From the NCBI GenBank assembly GCA_024279095.1, contig JAJRRY010000157.1, positions 2,040-66,039 of the forward strand: DNA of 64,000 nucleotides, given 5' to 3'. The first letter of the stretch is position 1; the number at the start of each line of letters is the position of its first letter. Shown here one piece after another: positions 1 to 9,247 of the stretch. A program made the translations under genes and the position numbers. The notes under the pieces were generated by a model, which was given only the letters and a program-made list of their open reading frames with translations, did no database searches and was not told the origin of the DNA. Source of the DNA: Alphaproteobacteria bacterium (lineage in GTDB: Bacteria; Pseudomonadota; Alphaproteobacteria; Rhizobiales; Aestuariivirgaceae).

Positions 1-194
1 TGCTCCACATCGTCACGGCGCACGAGAAGAAGCTGACGGCTCTCGTCCACGTCGCAGGCGGCAACGACCGCAATGCGTCCCTCCGGATCACGTCGGCGCG
101 CTTTCTTCCTGTACAGTTTCAGCAGCACAAGTGTCCCATAGATCGCAACAAGCAGGATCAGCGCGATTACCGCGTAGTAAACAAGATCGGACAT
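1..194 (-). CDS. partial CDS (first 64 codons, continues past window start): small single-pass membrane protein, FliO-like
   Basis: Not in ORF track because it runs off the window. ATG at 194-192 is preceded by a GAGGGGG Shine-Dalgarno. Translation is MSDLVYYAVIALILLVAIYGTLVLLKLYRKKARRRDPEGRIAVVAACDVDESRQLLLVRRDDVEH. That is one TM helix, a basic stretch, then a pattern resembling the FliO/MopB family. Confidence 0.35.
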   Translation of the reverse strand, partial: MSDLVYYAVIALILLVAIYGTLVLLKLYRKKARRRDPEGRIAVVAACDVDESRQLLLVRRDDVE

Positions 195-521
195 TCCGGA
201 TGCCCCCTCGATTTCAAACGTGAACGAATCCCCCGAGAACGCTTCCCGGCATAGTGACGACAAGCGAAAATACCGCGCCACTATACCCCAGCCGCAGCAT
301 GACGGCAAAGAATGGTGACGGTTTCTCTTGACCGGAAGGAATGGTATTCATCTGAAAGGAATGATTCGCTTGCGTTTGTCCGTATCCGGCAGTGCGTACC
401 CGCCCGCTGCTCCACCATGATGCGGGAGCTGCGAGGCGCCCGGAAAGATCGGAGAACCAACGCCACGGGAAAGGCCCGGAGAGGCCCTTTCTGCCGCGCG
501 CGACAACAACGATAGGCAGCC

Positions 522-3086
522 ATGACGGACACCTCGGCCATGACCGGATCTGTTGCAACGGACGTACCGCATGTGCGGACGGAGCGACGCAGAGGCGGAA
601 CGCTGCGCATTCTGGCCGGCATGCTGCTGGCCACCACTGCGGCAGTCGCGGCCGGAGGGCTCGCCTGGGCGACCATGCAAGGCATGCCGGAAGCACCACG
701 CTGGGCCGTTGCAGCAGGCGGCATTCTCGCCTTCGCCGGTGCCGGAGCCCTCTTCGGATGGACGGCAGGTCTATTGCACTTCGGTCCCGAAAACCGTCAT
801 CGGGCTTTCCTTGACGCTTTTTCCGAGGCACTGGAGGAGGCCTGCCTCATCACCGACAGGCGTGGGCGGCCGCTCTATGCAAATTCCGCCTACAGGGATC
901 TGATCGCACGGGCAGGACGCAGCCGGTTGGTGGGACTGGACAACCTCTATGCCGGCTTTCCGGAACCGGCGCAACAGATCTACCGTCTTTCGCTCAAGGC
1001 CCGGGACGGCGAAAGCGGAGAAGCGGAGTTCCACCTGGAAGCCGGACAGAACGCACCCGGCGCTCGCGAGGACGGCCATGCCTGGATCCGCATCCGCACT
1101 TCTCCCATGCGGCTGGAGGGACAGGATCTCACCCTGTGGCGCATCTCCGACGTCACCGGGGAACGGGCGCGACAGGACCGGGCCTTCGTCAATCTGCAGC
1201 ACATCATCGACTATCTGGACAACATGCCGGCGGGCCTCTTCTCCACCCTGCCGGATGGCCGTATCACCTATCTGAACGCCACGCTGGGCGAATGGCTGGG
1301 GCTGGATCTGGAGCGGATCATGAGCCAGTCCCTCACTCTGAACGACGTGCTGCCGGAAGAGATCGCCGCACAACTCGCCGCCATCGCCCCGGAGCCGGGC
1401 GTGCGCCGCGTGGAGACCTTTCACGCCGATCTGCGCAGTACATCCGGCGAAACCATTCCTGTGCGGATTATTCATCGTGTGGACCATGATGCCGCCGGGC
1501 ATCCGCGCCCGTCCCGTACGCTGGTACTCGACATGCGCGGCACGCGGCTGGATGCGGAGCGGCAGGCGCACAAGCTGGCCCGTTTCGTCAACAGCGCTCC
1601 GGTCGGGATTGCCATGGCCGATGCCGAGGGGCGCCTGACGATGCTCAACGCGGCGCTGGCGCAGATCACTTCCGAGGCGCATCTGGGAGACAGCATCTCG
1701 CGAATCGTGGCCCAGACCGATCGTGACCGACTCATGCGCCTCTTCCGTTCCGTGGCCTCCGGCGAGAGACTGCAGGCACAGGGCGATTTCAACATCGAAT
1801 CCGGATCGGAAACCCGTGCCCAGATCACCATTGCCGCGACGGAGACCGATCAGGACGGCGTGCGGGCTCTGACTCTCTACGTGATCGACACCACGCTTCA
1901 GCAGGGTCTCATGCAACAGCTCGAACAGGGCCAGAAGATGCAGGCCGTGGGCAAGCTGGTGAGCGGCATCGCCCATGACTTCAACAACATGCTCACCGCC
2001 ATCCTGGGCTTCTCCGACATGCTGCTGCAGAAGCACCGGCCGGAGGATCCCTCTTTCGAGCAGATCATGAACATCAAGCAGAACGCCAACCGGGCCGCCG
2101 CCATGGTGCGTCAGCTGCTGGCGTTCTCCCGCAAGCAGACGCTGCAACCGCGCGTCATATCGCTGACCGACCTGCTCTCCGACATGATCGCCATGCTGCG
2201 CCGCTCTATGGGCGAGAAGATCGAGCTGACGCTGGAGCACGGACGCGACCTGTGGCCTGTCTTCGCCGATCCCTCGCAGATCGACCGGGTCATCATGAAC
2301 CTGGCCGTCAACGCTCGCGACGCCATGCCCCGCGGAGGCAAGCTGACAGTACGCACCGCCAACGTACCCGCCGAAGAGGCCGCGCGCATCGCGCCCGACA
2401 TCATGCCCGACATGGATTACGTGCTGATCGAGGTGGCGGACACCGGCGAAGGCATACCTCCGGAGCTGCTGGACAAGATCTACGATCCCTTCTTCACGAC
2501 CAAGACCGTTGGCAAGGGCACGGGACTGGGACTCTCCACCGTCTACGGCATCGTCAAGCAGACCGGCGGCTACATCTTTTGCGACTCGAAGCCGGGAGAA
2601 GGAACGGCCTTCCGCATCTACCTGCCGCGACACGTGGAAACCGAGAGCGAGAAGGCGAAACGTCTGGAAGCTCGGCAGGCGGAAAGCGAGGGCCGCGAGG
2701 ATCTCACCGGTTCCGGCCGCATCCTGCTGGTGGAGGACGAGGACGCCGTCCGCGCCTTTGCCGTCCATGCCCTGAAGGCTCGCGGCTACGACGTCATCGA
2801 GGCCTCTTCAGGCGAGATCGCGCTCGACACCATGGAGGAGATGCTGGAGGACGGCGAAAACGTGGACCTGATCGTTTCCGACGTGGTGATGCCGGGAATG
2901 GACGGCCCCACAATGCTACGGGAACTGCGCAAGATGGGTGTTTCCGCACCGGTGGTGTTCATGTCCGGCCATGCAGAGGACGCCTTCGCCGAGAGCCTGG
3001 AGGAAGACGTGGAATTCACCTTCCTCGCCAAGCCCTTCAACTTGAAGCAGATCGCCGAAACGGTAAAACGCGCCATGCCCTCCTGA
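522..3086 (+). CDS. cckA: hybrid sensor histidine kinase / response regulator, CckA-like (2 TM, PAS domains, HisKA, HATPase, C-terminal REC)
   Basis: 854-aa ORF starting with ATG. Two N-terminal hydrophobic helices. H-box IAHDFNNMLTAILGFSDML, and G-boxes DTGEGIP and GTGLGLS. Receiver domain ILLVEDEDAV...DLIVSDVVMPGMDGP...FMSGHAEDAF...FLAKPFNLKQ resembles CckA C-termini as I recall them. Confidence 0.6.
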   Translation: MTDTSAMTGSVATDVPHVRTERRRGGTLRILAGMLLATTAAVAAGGLAWATMQGMPEAPRWAVAAGGILAFAGAGALFGWTAGLLHFGPENRHRAFLDAFSEALEEACLITDRRGRPLYANSAYRDLIARAGRSRLVGLDNLYAGFPEPAQQIYRLSLKARDGESGEAEFHLEAGQNAPGAREDGHAWIRIRTSPMRLEGQDLTLWRISDVTGERARQDRAFVNLQHIIDYLDNMPAGLFSTLPDGRITYLNATLGEWLGLDLERIMSQSLTLNDVLPEEIAAQLAAIAPEPGVRRVETFHADLRSTSGETIPVRIIHRVDHDAAGHPRPSRTLVLDMRGTRLDAERQAHKLARFVNSAPVGIAMADAEGRLTMLNAALAQITSEAHLGDSISRIVAQTDRDRLMRLFRSVASGERLQAQGDFNIESGSETRAQITIAATETDQDGVRALTLYVIDTTLQQGLMQQLEQGQKMQAVGKLVSGIAHDFNNMLTAILGFSDMLLQKHRPEDPSFEQIMNIKQNANRAAAMVRQLLAFSRKQTLQPRVISLTDLLSDMIAMLRRSMGEKIELTLEHGRDLWPVFADPSQIDRVIMNLAVNARDAMPRGGKLTVRTANVPAEEAARIAPDIMPDMDYVLIEVADTGEGIPPELLDKIYDPFFTTKTVGKGTGLGLSTVYGIVKQTGGYIFCDSKPGEGTAFRIYLPRHVETESEKAKRLEARQAESEGREDLTGSGRILLVEDEDAVRAFAVHALKARGYDVIEASSGEIALDTMEEMLEDGENVDLIVSDVVMPGMDGPTMLRELRKMGVSAPVVFMSGHAEDAFAESLEEDVEFTFLAKPFNLKQIAETVKRAMPS

Positions 3087-3144
3087 CCTCCACCTCGGCA
3101 TGGGACGCCATGCATGGCGGCACGGTGAAACAGGCTGCCGGAAG

Positions 3145-3486
3145 TCAGTGCCGCTCGCGCAGCGACCGGATGAAGGCGATGATGTTCGCGATATCCTTCT
3201 TTGACAGCACGAATCCCTTCATCGGATAGTGGGGCTGCCGCAGGAATGCGGCAATCTGGGCATCCGGATAGCGGGCCGGATTGTCCGCAATCTCCATAAA
3301 GGAAGGAGCTTTCACGGCAGGCTGCACCCTGTCCGTCGGAAATCCCGGCACGACATGGCATTTGATGCATTGTTCGGCAATGAGAGGCTTTGCCGCTTCC
3401 GCCCTGCCGGCCGGAAGAACCTCTCCCGCATGGGCAGTCCCCTGCAGCAACATCACCAGAACGAACCCTGCCAGTACTTTCATCAT
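3145..3486 (-). CDS. small periplasmic monoheme cytochrome c
   Basis: Inner ATG-ATG start (MMKVLAGFVLVMLLQGTAHA signal peptide) with AGGAGG 5-6 nt upstream. Single CIKCH heme-binding motif. The longer track ORF (to 3612) has an implausible Cys-rich leader. Confidence 0.7.
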   Translation of the reverse strand: MMKVLAGFVLVMLLQGTAHAGEVLPAGRAEAAKPLIAEQCIKCHVVPGFPTDRVQPAVKAPSFMEIADNPARYPDAQIAAFLRQPHYPMKGFVLSKKDIANIIAFIRSLRERH

Positions 3487-3652
3487 GACCCCTCCTTGCA
3501 GCCTTGCCTGCAGCCGGCATGCTCCGCAAAGGAACATCAGGCCGCAATTTCCATATGTGTCTCCTCCTGCTACATGACAAGGGTCAAGGCACCCCGGAAA
3601 CAACAGGGGCACAACACCGGAAGTTTCCGGCTACAGGATCGAGGCAGCAGAC

Positions 3653-4390
3653 ATGATCAGAACATTTCTTACCGGTTGCGCCGTTGCGTTGGCTCTCATT
3701 TCCAGCGCAGATTCCGCCACGCAGGCTGCGGATGGCAAGGCCATGCGCGAACCTGGACTGGACATCGTGGGCTTCAACGGCCGTGGATACTTCTTCGGCA
3801 TTGAGCAGTTCGGATTGCGTCCACGTACGAACATTCCCTACGCTGAAATCCGCATCTATGATCTCAGAACCGACAAGGAGATCGACCGTTCGCCCTTCGT
3901 CTACGACGAAACCGCGAAGATTCCCGCGGGCCACACCATCGAGGACGCCATAGACCGTGCGCGCCGCGCCGTCTATCTAGATGCCCGCCGGGTCATCAAA
4001 TACCTGACACTTGTGCCACGTGGACGCACCATCAAACCCAAGGACGGCAAACCTGCCAAGGCTCTGCAGATATCGGCTCCCGGCCTTTCCGGCCTGCTGA
4101 CTCTGGAGACCTTTCCTCTGGAGGCGCCGCACTGCAAGGGCGTCAGGACGGTGGGCTTCGTGCTCAAGCTGGCCGACGGAAAGGGCGTCACGGAAGTTCA
4201 TCGTGACAAGGTCATGCCCAAGGGGCGGGGCTGCCCCGTGGATTACGATATCCGGCAGGCATCCGTCTATCTGCCGCACCCCGAGGCCGACGCCCTGGCC
4301 GTGGTGATCGGGGCAAGACAGGGTGGACGTGACAAGGGCGATATCCACTACACCGTTGTCGGCCACTTCTATGATCACCGGAAGAAATAG
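3653..4390 (+). CDS. secreted hypothetical protein
   Basis: 245-aa ORF with ATG start and signal peptide MIRTFLTGCAVALALISSADSATQA. I recognise no catalytic motif. Confidence 0.6.
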   Translation: MIRTFLTGCAVALALISSADSATQAADGKAMREPGLDIVGFNGRGYFFGIEQFGLRPRTNIPYAEIRIYDLRTDKEIDRSPFVYDETAKIPAGHTIEDAIDRARRAVYLDARRVIKYLTLVPRGRTIKPKDGKPAKALQISAPGLSGLLTLETFPLEAPHCKGVRTVGFVLKLADGKGVTEVHRDKVMPKGRGCPVDYDIRQASVYLPHPEADALAVVIGARQGGRDKGDIHYTVVGHFYDHRKK

Positions 4391-5729
4391 CCGGAGCGAG
4401 ATACTCGCACTGGCCCGCGGCCTGGAGGACGGGGCCTGCTCTGCCCGTTCTCTCGTGGACGAAGCGCTGGAGCGTATTGCCGCTCCCTCGGGAGAAGGCG
4501 CAAGAAGTTTCGTGCTGGTAGACGTGAAAGGGGCCCGCAGGCTGGCGGACCACATCGACGTCCTGCGACGCACGGGGCGCGCTCCTTCTCCGTTTGCCGG
4601 CATCCCGTTTTCCGTCAAGGATCTGTTCGACGTGCACGGGCAGGTGACGACCGCCGGTTCGAAAGTGCTGCAAAACTCTCCACCCGCCAGGAAAGATGCA
4701 CCTGTCATTGCGCATCTGCGACAGACCGGATTCATCCCCGTGGGCCGGACGAACATGACGGAATTCGCCTATTCCGGCGTGGGGCTCAACCCCCACTACG
4801 GAACGCCCGCAAGCATATGGGACAGAAAGACACGCCGCATTCCCGGCGGCTCCTCATCCGGCGCAGCCGTATCCGTGGCGGAAGGGACAACTCCTTTGGC
4901 ACTGGGTACCGACACCGGTGGATCCTGCCGTGTCCCTGCCGCCTACAACGGCACGGTCGGCTTCAAGCCCACGCACGGCACTCTGCCTTCCGAAGGCATC
5001 TGGCCGCTGGCTCCCGGATTCGACGTGGCCGGGCCGTTCACCCGCACCGTGGCCGACGCTGCCCTTGCCTTCGACCTGATGGCCGGACGCGCACCGCAAC
5101 TGCCAGCGGAAAGGCCACTTTCCACCACGGTTCTGGGCATCCCGCAAGATCTGGTTCTGGAAGACCTGGATCCCCTCGTGGCCGAGGCATTCGAAAGGAC
5201 TCTTTCCGCCTTGTCCCGGGCCGGAGCGCAACTGATGGAGCTCCGCAACATCCCCATGCCTCGCATCCGCGAACACGGCATCATCGCCACCTCCGAAGCC
5301 TGGTCCGTGCATGCGGACATGCTGCGTCAATTCGGTAATTCCTATGATCCGCGAGTGCGCTGGCGTCTCTCCATGGGCGCAGACATCACCCCGGAACAGG
5401 TTTGCGAGATGCAACGCGTACGCAGAGAAATGATCGGGAGATTCACGGCCTCATGCGGCATCTGCGATGCCTGGGTCATGCCCACCGTGCCCAATCTGCC
5501 ACCCCCAATCGCCACCCTCGAGGCGGATGATGAAACCTACGCACGCCTCAACTTCTTGGCCTTGCGCAATACCTTCACCGCCAACTTCCTGAATGCTTGC
5601 GCCATCTCCCTGCCCGCTACAGCCGCCACCGAACCACCTGTCGGATTTTCCATCTTGGCCCCGGCGGGACGGGATCACGAGCTGCTGACGATCGCTGCCG
5701 CCATCGAACAAGCTATATCCGTATACTGA
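4371..5729 (+). CDS. amidase (amidase-signature family, GatA-like)
   Basis: Amidase signature GGSSSGAAVSVAEG and GTDTGGSCRVPAA. The internal ATG at 4371 (MITGRNSRSEILALARG...) fits the family N-terminus better than the track start at 4323. Confidence 0.8.
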   Translation: MITGRNSRSEILALARGLEDGACSARSLVDEALERIAAPSGEGARSFVLVDVKGARRLADHIDVLRRTGRAPSPFAGIPFSVKDLFDVHGQVTTAGSKVLQNSPPARKDAPVIAHLRQTGFIPVGRTNMTEFAYSGVGLNPHYGTPASIWDRKTRRIPGGSSSGAAVSVAEGTTPLALGTDTGGSCRVPAAYNGTVGFKPTHGTLPSEGIWPLAPGFDVAGPFTRTVADAALAFDLMAGRAPQLPAERPLSTTVLGIPQDLVLEDLDPLVAEAFERTLSALSRAGAQLMELRNIPMPRIREHGIIATSEAWSVHADMLRQFGNSYDPRVRWRLSMGADITPEQVCEMQRVRREMIGRFTASCGICDAWVMPTVPNLPPPIATLEADDETYARLNFLALRNTFTANFLNACAISLPATAATEPPVGFSILAPAGRDHELLTIAAAIEQAISVY

Positions 5730-6075
5730 TTGCAAAATTTTTCTCACCTGCATTCTGTTTCCGGCAATCGCCCGTGCAATGCGGCGCGGAGCACTATTCC
5801 GCTTACTGATCTTTACCCCCTATGGTTGTAAAGCTGGGGAAACAACCTGTAATAGGTGTTGATCGATAAATACAACGTATGATAGAGATAGCTCAGCTGA
5901 TTCAGGCGGGGCGCGAGTTTCCGGTTCGGAACCGGGCAGTCGCGAACCGGTAACGTCCCCGACTGGATCAGCCCTTTGCAGGCTGCGATGCCACCAGTGA
6001 GTGCAATGCGTAATGCGTCCCGTTGAAGATCAAGAACACGCAGGCTTTACGCGCTCCAATGGAGGGTAGAGGGGA

Positions 6076-7566
6076 ATGACAACAAGAACGGCACTGGCGC
6101 TGGTCACGGCGGCCGCACTCGCAGGTTGCACCATTTCACCGGAGTATCTGTCCGGAGAAGAAATGGTGGCCTTCACCGAAACGAACCTGAAGGAGGTCAC
6201 GGCAGGGCAGGAGCCCATCACCGGACCGGTCAATCTCTACGAGGCCATGGCTCGCGCACTGAAGTACAATTTGGACTTCCGCGTCGAACAGATGAACGAG
6301 GCCCTCGCCATGGGCAATCTGGACTTGAAAAGCTGGGACATGCTGCCGAAGCTGGTGGCCAGCTCCGAATGGTCTCGGCGCTCCAACGAACCGGGCGGGC
6401 GTTCACAGTCGTTGCTGACCGGCATCCAGTCCCTGGAGCCCTCCAAATCCACGGAAAAAACGACGCTGACGGCAGATCTCACCTTTTCCTGGAACATTCT
6501 CGATTTCGGCCTTTCCTATGTGCGGGCGCTGCAGGCAGCGGACAAGGTGCTGATCGCCGAGGAGCGCAGACGCAAGGTCGTGAACCGCATCTTCGAAGAT
6601 GTGCGCACGGCCTTCTGGCGTGCCGCTTCGGAGCAGCGCCTTTCCGCCGCCATGAACCGGCTGGAGCGCCGTGTGCGCAGAGCTCTTGCCAATTCCCGCA
6701 GACTGGCCCGCTCCGGTCAGACTTCACCGCTGACCGCGCTCACCTACGAGCGCGAACTGGTCGGCATCAAGAAGCAGCTTCAGGAACTGAGAAGCGAGCT
6801 GAAAACGGCGAAGATGCAGCTGGCGGCATTGATGAACGTGCCACCTGGAACCCGCTTTCGGCTGGCCATTCCGAAGCACCGCCCCTCCGTCCTGCATCTG
6901 AAGTGGGATACGCGGCAGATGATCCGCATCGCCCTGAAGAATCGTCCCGAGCTTCGCGAGGAAGCCTATCGCAGGCGCATCAACGAGAAAGAAGCGCAGG
7001 CCGCCCTGCTGGAGCTGTTGCCCGGCGCATCCCTGTATACGGCCTTCAACGTGGATGCCAACGACTTCCTCTACAACAACAACTGGGTCAGCTGGGGCGC
7101 CAAGGCGAGCTGGAACCTGATGAAGGTCTTCCGCTATCCGCTTCGCAAACGTCAGATTGCGGCGCGCAACGAGGTTCTCCATGCCAGGGCGCTGGCGCTG
7201 ACCATGACCATCATGACACAGGTCTGCGTCTCGCGAGTCCGCTACCTCTACCAGCGTCGCATCCTGCAATCGGCACGCGAATACCGCGATGTACAGTACC
7301 GCATCCTGCGGCAGGTCCGGGCCGCAGCCACTACCGACGCCGCCAGCGAGCAGACCCTCATCCGCGAACAGATGAATACGGTCCTCGCCGCTGCGCGCTA
7401 TGACGTGGCCTATGCGAACCTGCAGAACGCCATCGCCAACGTCTACGCCACCCTCGGGCTCGATCCCTATGGCGGGAACGTCAGCATCGACATGCCCGTG
7501 AAGGCCCTTGCGGAAAACCTGCGCCGAACCTGGAACAGGAGGAACATCACGAAGGGAATGATCTGA
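6076..7566 (+). CDS. TolC-family outer-membrane efflux lipoprotein (outer membrane factor)
   Basis: 496 aa with GGAGGG SD. Lipobox LAGC after a signal peptide. Two long coiled repeats typical of OMF proteins (NLDFRVEQ..., RYDVAYANLQNA). No adjacent pump genes. Confidence 0.75.
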   Translation: MTTRTALALVTAAALAGCTISPEYLSGEEMVAFTETNLKEVTAGQEPITGPVNLYEAMARALKYNLDFRVEQMNEALAMGNLDLKSWDMLPKLVASSEWSRRSNEPGGRSQSLLTGIQSLEPSKSTEKTTLTADLTFSWNILDFGLSYVRALQAADKVLIAEERRRKVVNRIFEDVRTAFWRAASEQRLSAAMNRLERRVRRALANSRRLARSGQTSPLTALTYERELVGIKKQLQELRSELKTAKMQLAALMNVPPGTRFRLAIPKHRPSVLHLKWDTRQMIRIALKNRPELREEAYRRRINEKEAQAALLELLPGASLYTAFNVDANDFLYNNNWVSWGAKASWNLMKVFRYPLRKRQIAARNEVLHARALALTMTIMTQVCVSRVRYLYQRRILQSAREYRDVQYRILRQVRAAATTDAASEQTLIREQMNTVLAAARYDVAYANLQNAIANVYATLGLDPYGGNVSIDMPVKALAENLRRTWNRRNITKGMI

Positions 7567-7783
7567 ATACCGGCCGCCACCATGCCGGAAAGCATGGCGG
7601 CGACACGCAAGACAGGGGCCGGTTCTTCCCGCTTGCCGGTCCCTTCCCCGGCCGGGTGCATGCACCTCTCTCTCCCCATCAGGCGGCTGATCTCAACCAG
7701 GCCCCTAGCAAGCATGCACCCGGCCAACCTACCTGGCCGCAAGGCCCAACTTCCCTGTGTTCACAACCGTTGAGCGCAAACTC

Positions 7784-7814
7784 GGCCCCGTCGCCCCCGG
7801 CGGGGCCTTTTTTT
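7784..7814 (+). terminator. intrinsic terminator, about 220 nt downstream of the OMF stop
   Basis: GGCCCCG-tcgcccc-CGGGGCC stem followed by TTTTTTT. Confidence 0.7.
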
Positions 7815-7883
7815 GCCGGCAATTGCCAACCGGGGGATTTCCACACCCGGAAAGATTTTTCTCCCACGACAGACTTGCAATAA

Positions 7884-7919
7884 GAACTTTTTGAGTACAT
7901 GATGTGTACATCAAGGAAC
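7884..7919. promoter_or_regulatory. candidate LexA (SOS) operator array upstream of recA
   Basis: GAAC(7884)-N7-GTAC(7895)-N7-GTAC(7906)-N6-GAAC(7916). The first pair matches 7 of 8 positions of the alphaproteobacterial GAAC-N7-GAAC box. It lies 53-88 nt upstream of the recA ATG. Confidence 0.45.
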
Positions 7920-7971
7920 GATTCGCGGCCGAATGATTTCTGCGGCCTTGCGGAACAAGGAGATTGAGGAT

Positions 7972-9045
7972 ATGTCGCAGGCGAAACTCAAACTGGTCGA
8001 GAACTCATCAATGGACAAGAAGAAAGCGCTCGAAGCCGCCCTAAGTCAGATCGACCGCGCCTTCGGCAAGGGCTCCGTCATGAAGCTGGGGCAGAACCGG
8101 GCCATCGAGGTAGAAGCCATTCCCACCGGCTCTCTCGGGCTCGACATCGCCCTCGGCATCGGCGGCCTACCCAAGGGCCGCATCATCGAGATCTTCGGCC
8201 CGGAATCCTCCGGCAAGACGACACTGGCTCTGCACGTGGTCGCCGAAGCCCAGAAGCGAGGCGGCATCTGCGCCTTCGTGGATGCGGAACACGCACTCGA
8301 CCCCATCTATGCCCAGCGGCTTGGCGTGGACATCGACGAACTGCTGATCTCCCAGCCGGACACTGGCGAGCAGGCTCTGGAAATCGCCGATACGCTGGTA
8401 CGTTCCGGAGCCATCGACGTGCTGGTCATCGACTCGGTGGCTGCTTTGACGCCCAAAGCCGAGCTGGAAGGCGAAATGGGCGATTCCCTCCCCGGCCTTC
8501 AGGCCCGGCTCATGAGTCAGGCCCTGCGCAAGCTGACGGCCTCGATCTCCCGCTCCAACTGCATGGTGATCTTCATCAACCAGATCCGCATGAAGATCGG
8601 CGTGATGTTCGGCAACCCGGAGACGACCACCGGGGGCAATGCCCTGAAGTTCTATTCCTCCGTCCGCCTCGACATCCGTCGCATCGGCTCCATCAAGAAC
8701 CGTGACGAAATCATTGGCAATCAGACCCGGGTCAAGGTGGTGAAGAACAAGGTTGCTCCGCCCTTCCGGCAGGTGGAGTTCGACATCATGTATGGCGAAG
8801 GCATTTCACGCACCGGCGAGCTGCTGGATCTGGGGGTGACCGCAGGCATTATCGAGAAATCCGGATCCTGGTATTCCTACAATTCCGAACGAATCGGACA
8901 GGGACGCGAAAACGCCAAGCGTTTTCTGGCGGAAAACCCCGACATGGCAGACCAGATCGAGCAGGCCATTCGTGCCAATGCGGGCATCGTGGCCGAACAG
9001 ATCATGAAACCTGCCGATGATGCCAAAGAGGGTGATTCCGACTGA
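7972..9045 (+). CDS. recA: recombinase RecA
   Basis: [40 protein letters not shown], Walker [10 protein letters not shown], and the full RecA core. The internal ATG at 7972 has an upstream AAGGAG. Confidence 0.97.
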   Translation: MSQAKLKLVENSSMDKKKALEAALSQIDRAFGKGSVMKLGQNRAIEVEAIPTGSLGLDIALGIGGLPKGRIIEIFGPESSGKTTLALHVVAEAQKRGGICAFVDAEHALDPIYAQRLGVDIDELLISQPDTGEQALEIADTLVRSGAIDVLVIDSVAALTPKAELEGEMGDSLPGLQARLMSQALRKLTASISRSNCMVIFINQIRMKIGVMFGNPETTTGGNALKFYSSVRLDIRRIGSIKNRDEIIGNQTRVKVVKNKVAPPFRQVEFDIMYGEGISRTGELLDLGVTAGIIEKSGSWYSYNSERIGQGRENAKRFLAENPDMADQIEQAIRANAGIVAEQIMKPADDAKEGDSD

Positions 9046-9217
9046 TGGCCACAGCGTATTGCGAGCCACGACAACCCGATAATTCCTGATGAAGGGGGTG
9101 GAGCGATGAGCTCTGCCCTTTCATCGTATCTGCCATACCGGAGGAGAAGATAGTGCATCCTCCGGGAAAAGATGCAGAGCGATGCTTCCCCCGACCAGCT
9201 GGAAACAACTCCAAGGG

Positions 9218-9245
9218 AAAAAACCGGCTGCCGAATGGAAGCGGG
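9218..9245 (-). terminator. probable intrinsic terminator of the luxR-family gene
   Basis: On the minus strand an imperfect hairpin (CCCGCTTCC / GGCAGCCGG) is followed by TTTTTT, immediately after the stop at 9248. Confidence 0.4.
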
Positions 9246-9247
9246 AC

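Noticed and set aside
771-2768. 665-aa minus-strand ORF inside the cckA-like gene
   Set aside because: Antisense shadow ORF. The plus-strand frame carries complete H-box, N/G-box and receiver motifs.
5910-5975. Cobalamin riboswitch upstream of the OMF gene
   Set aside because: Only the hairpin-plus-GGUAA segment resembles the core. The GGGAA element and the B12 box (AGYCMGGAGACCKGCC-like) are not found, and the downstream gene is not a typical B12-regulated gene. Reported instead as an unclassified structured element.
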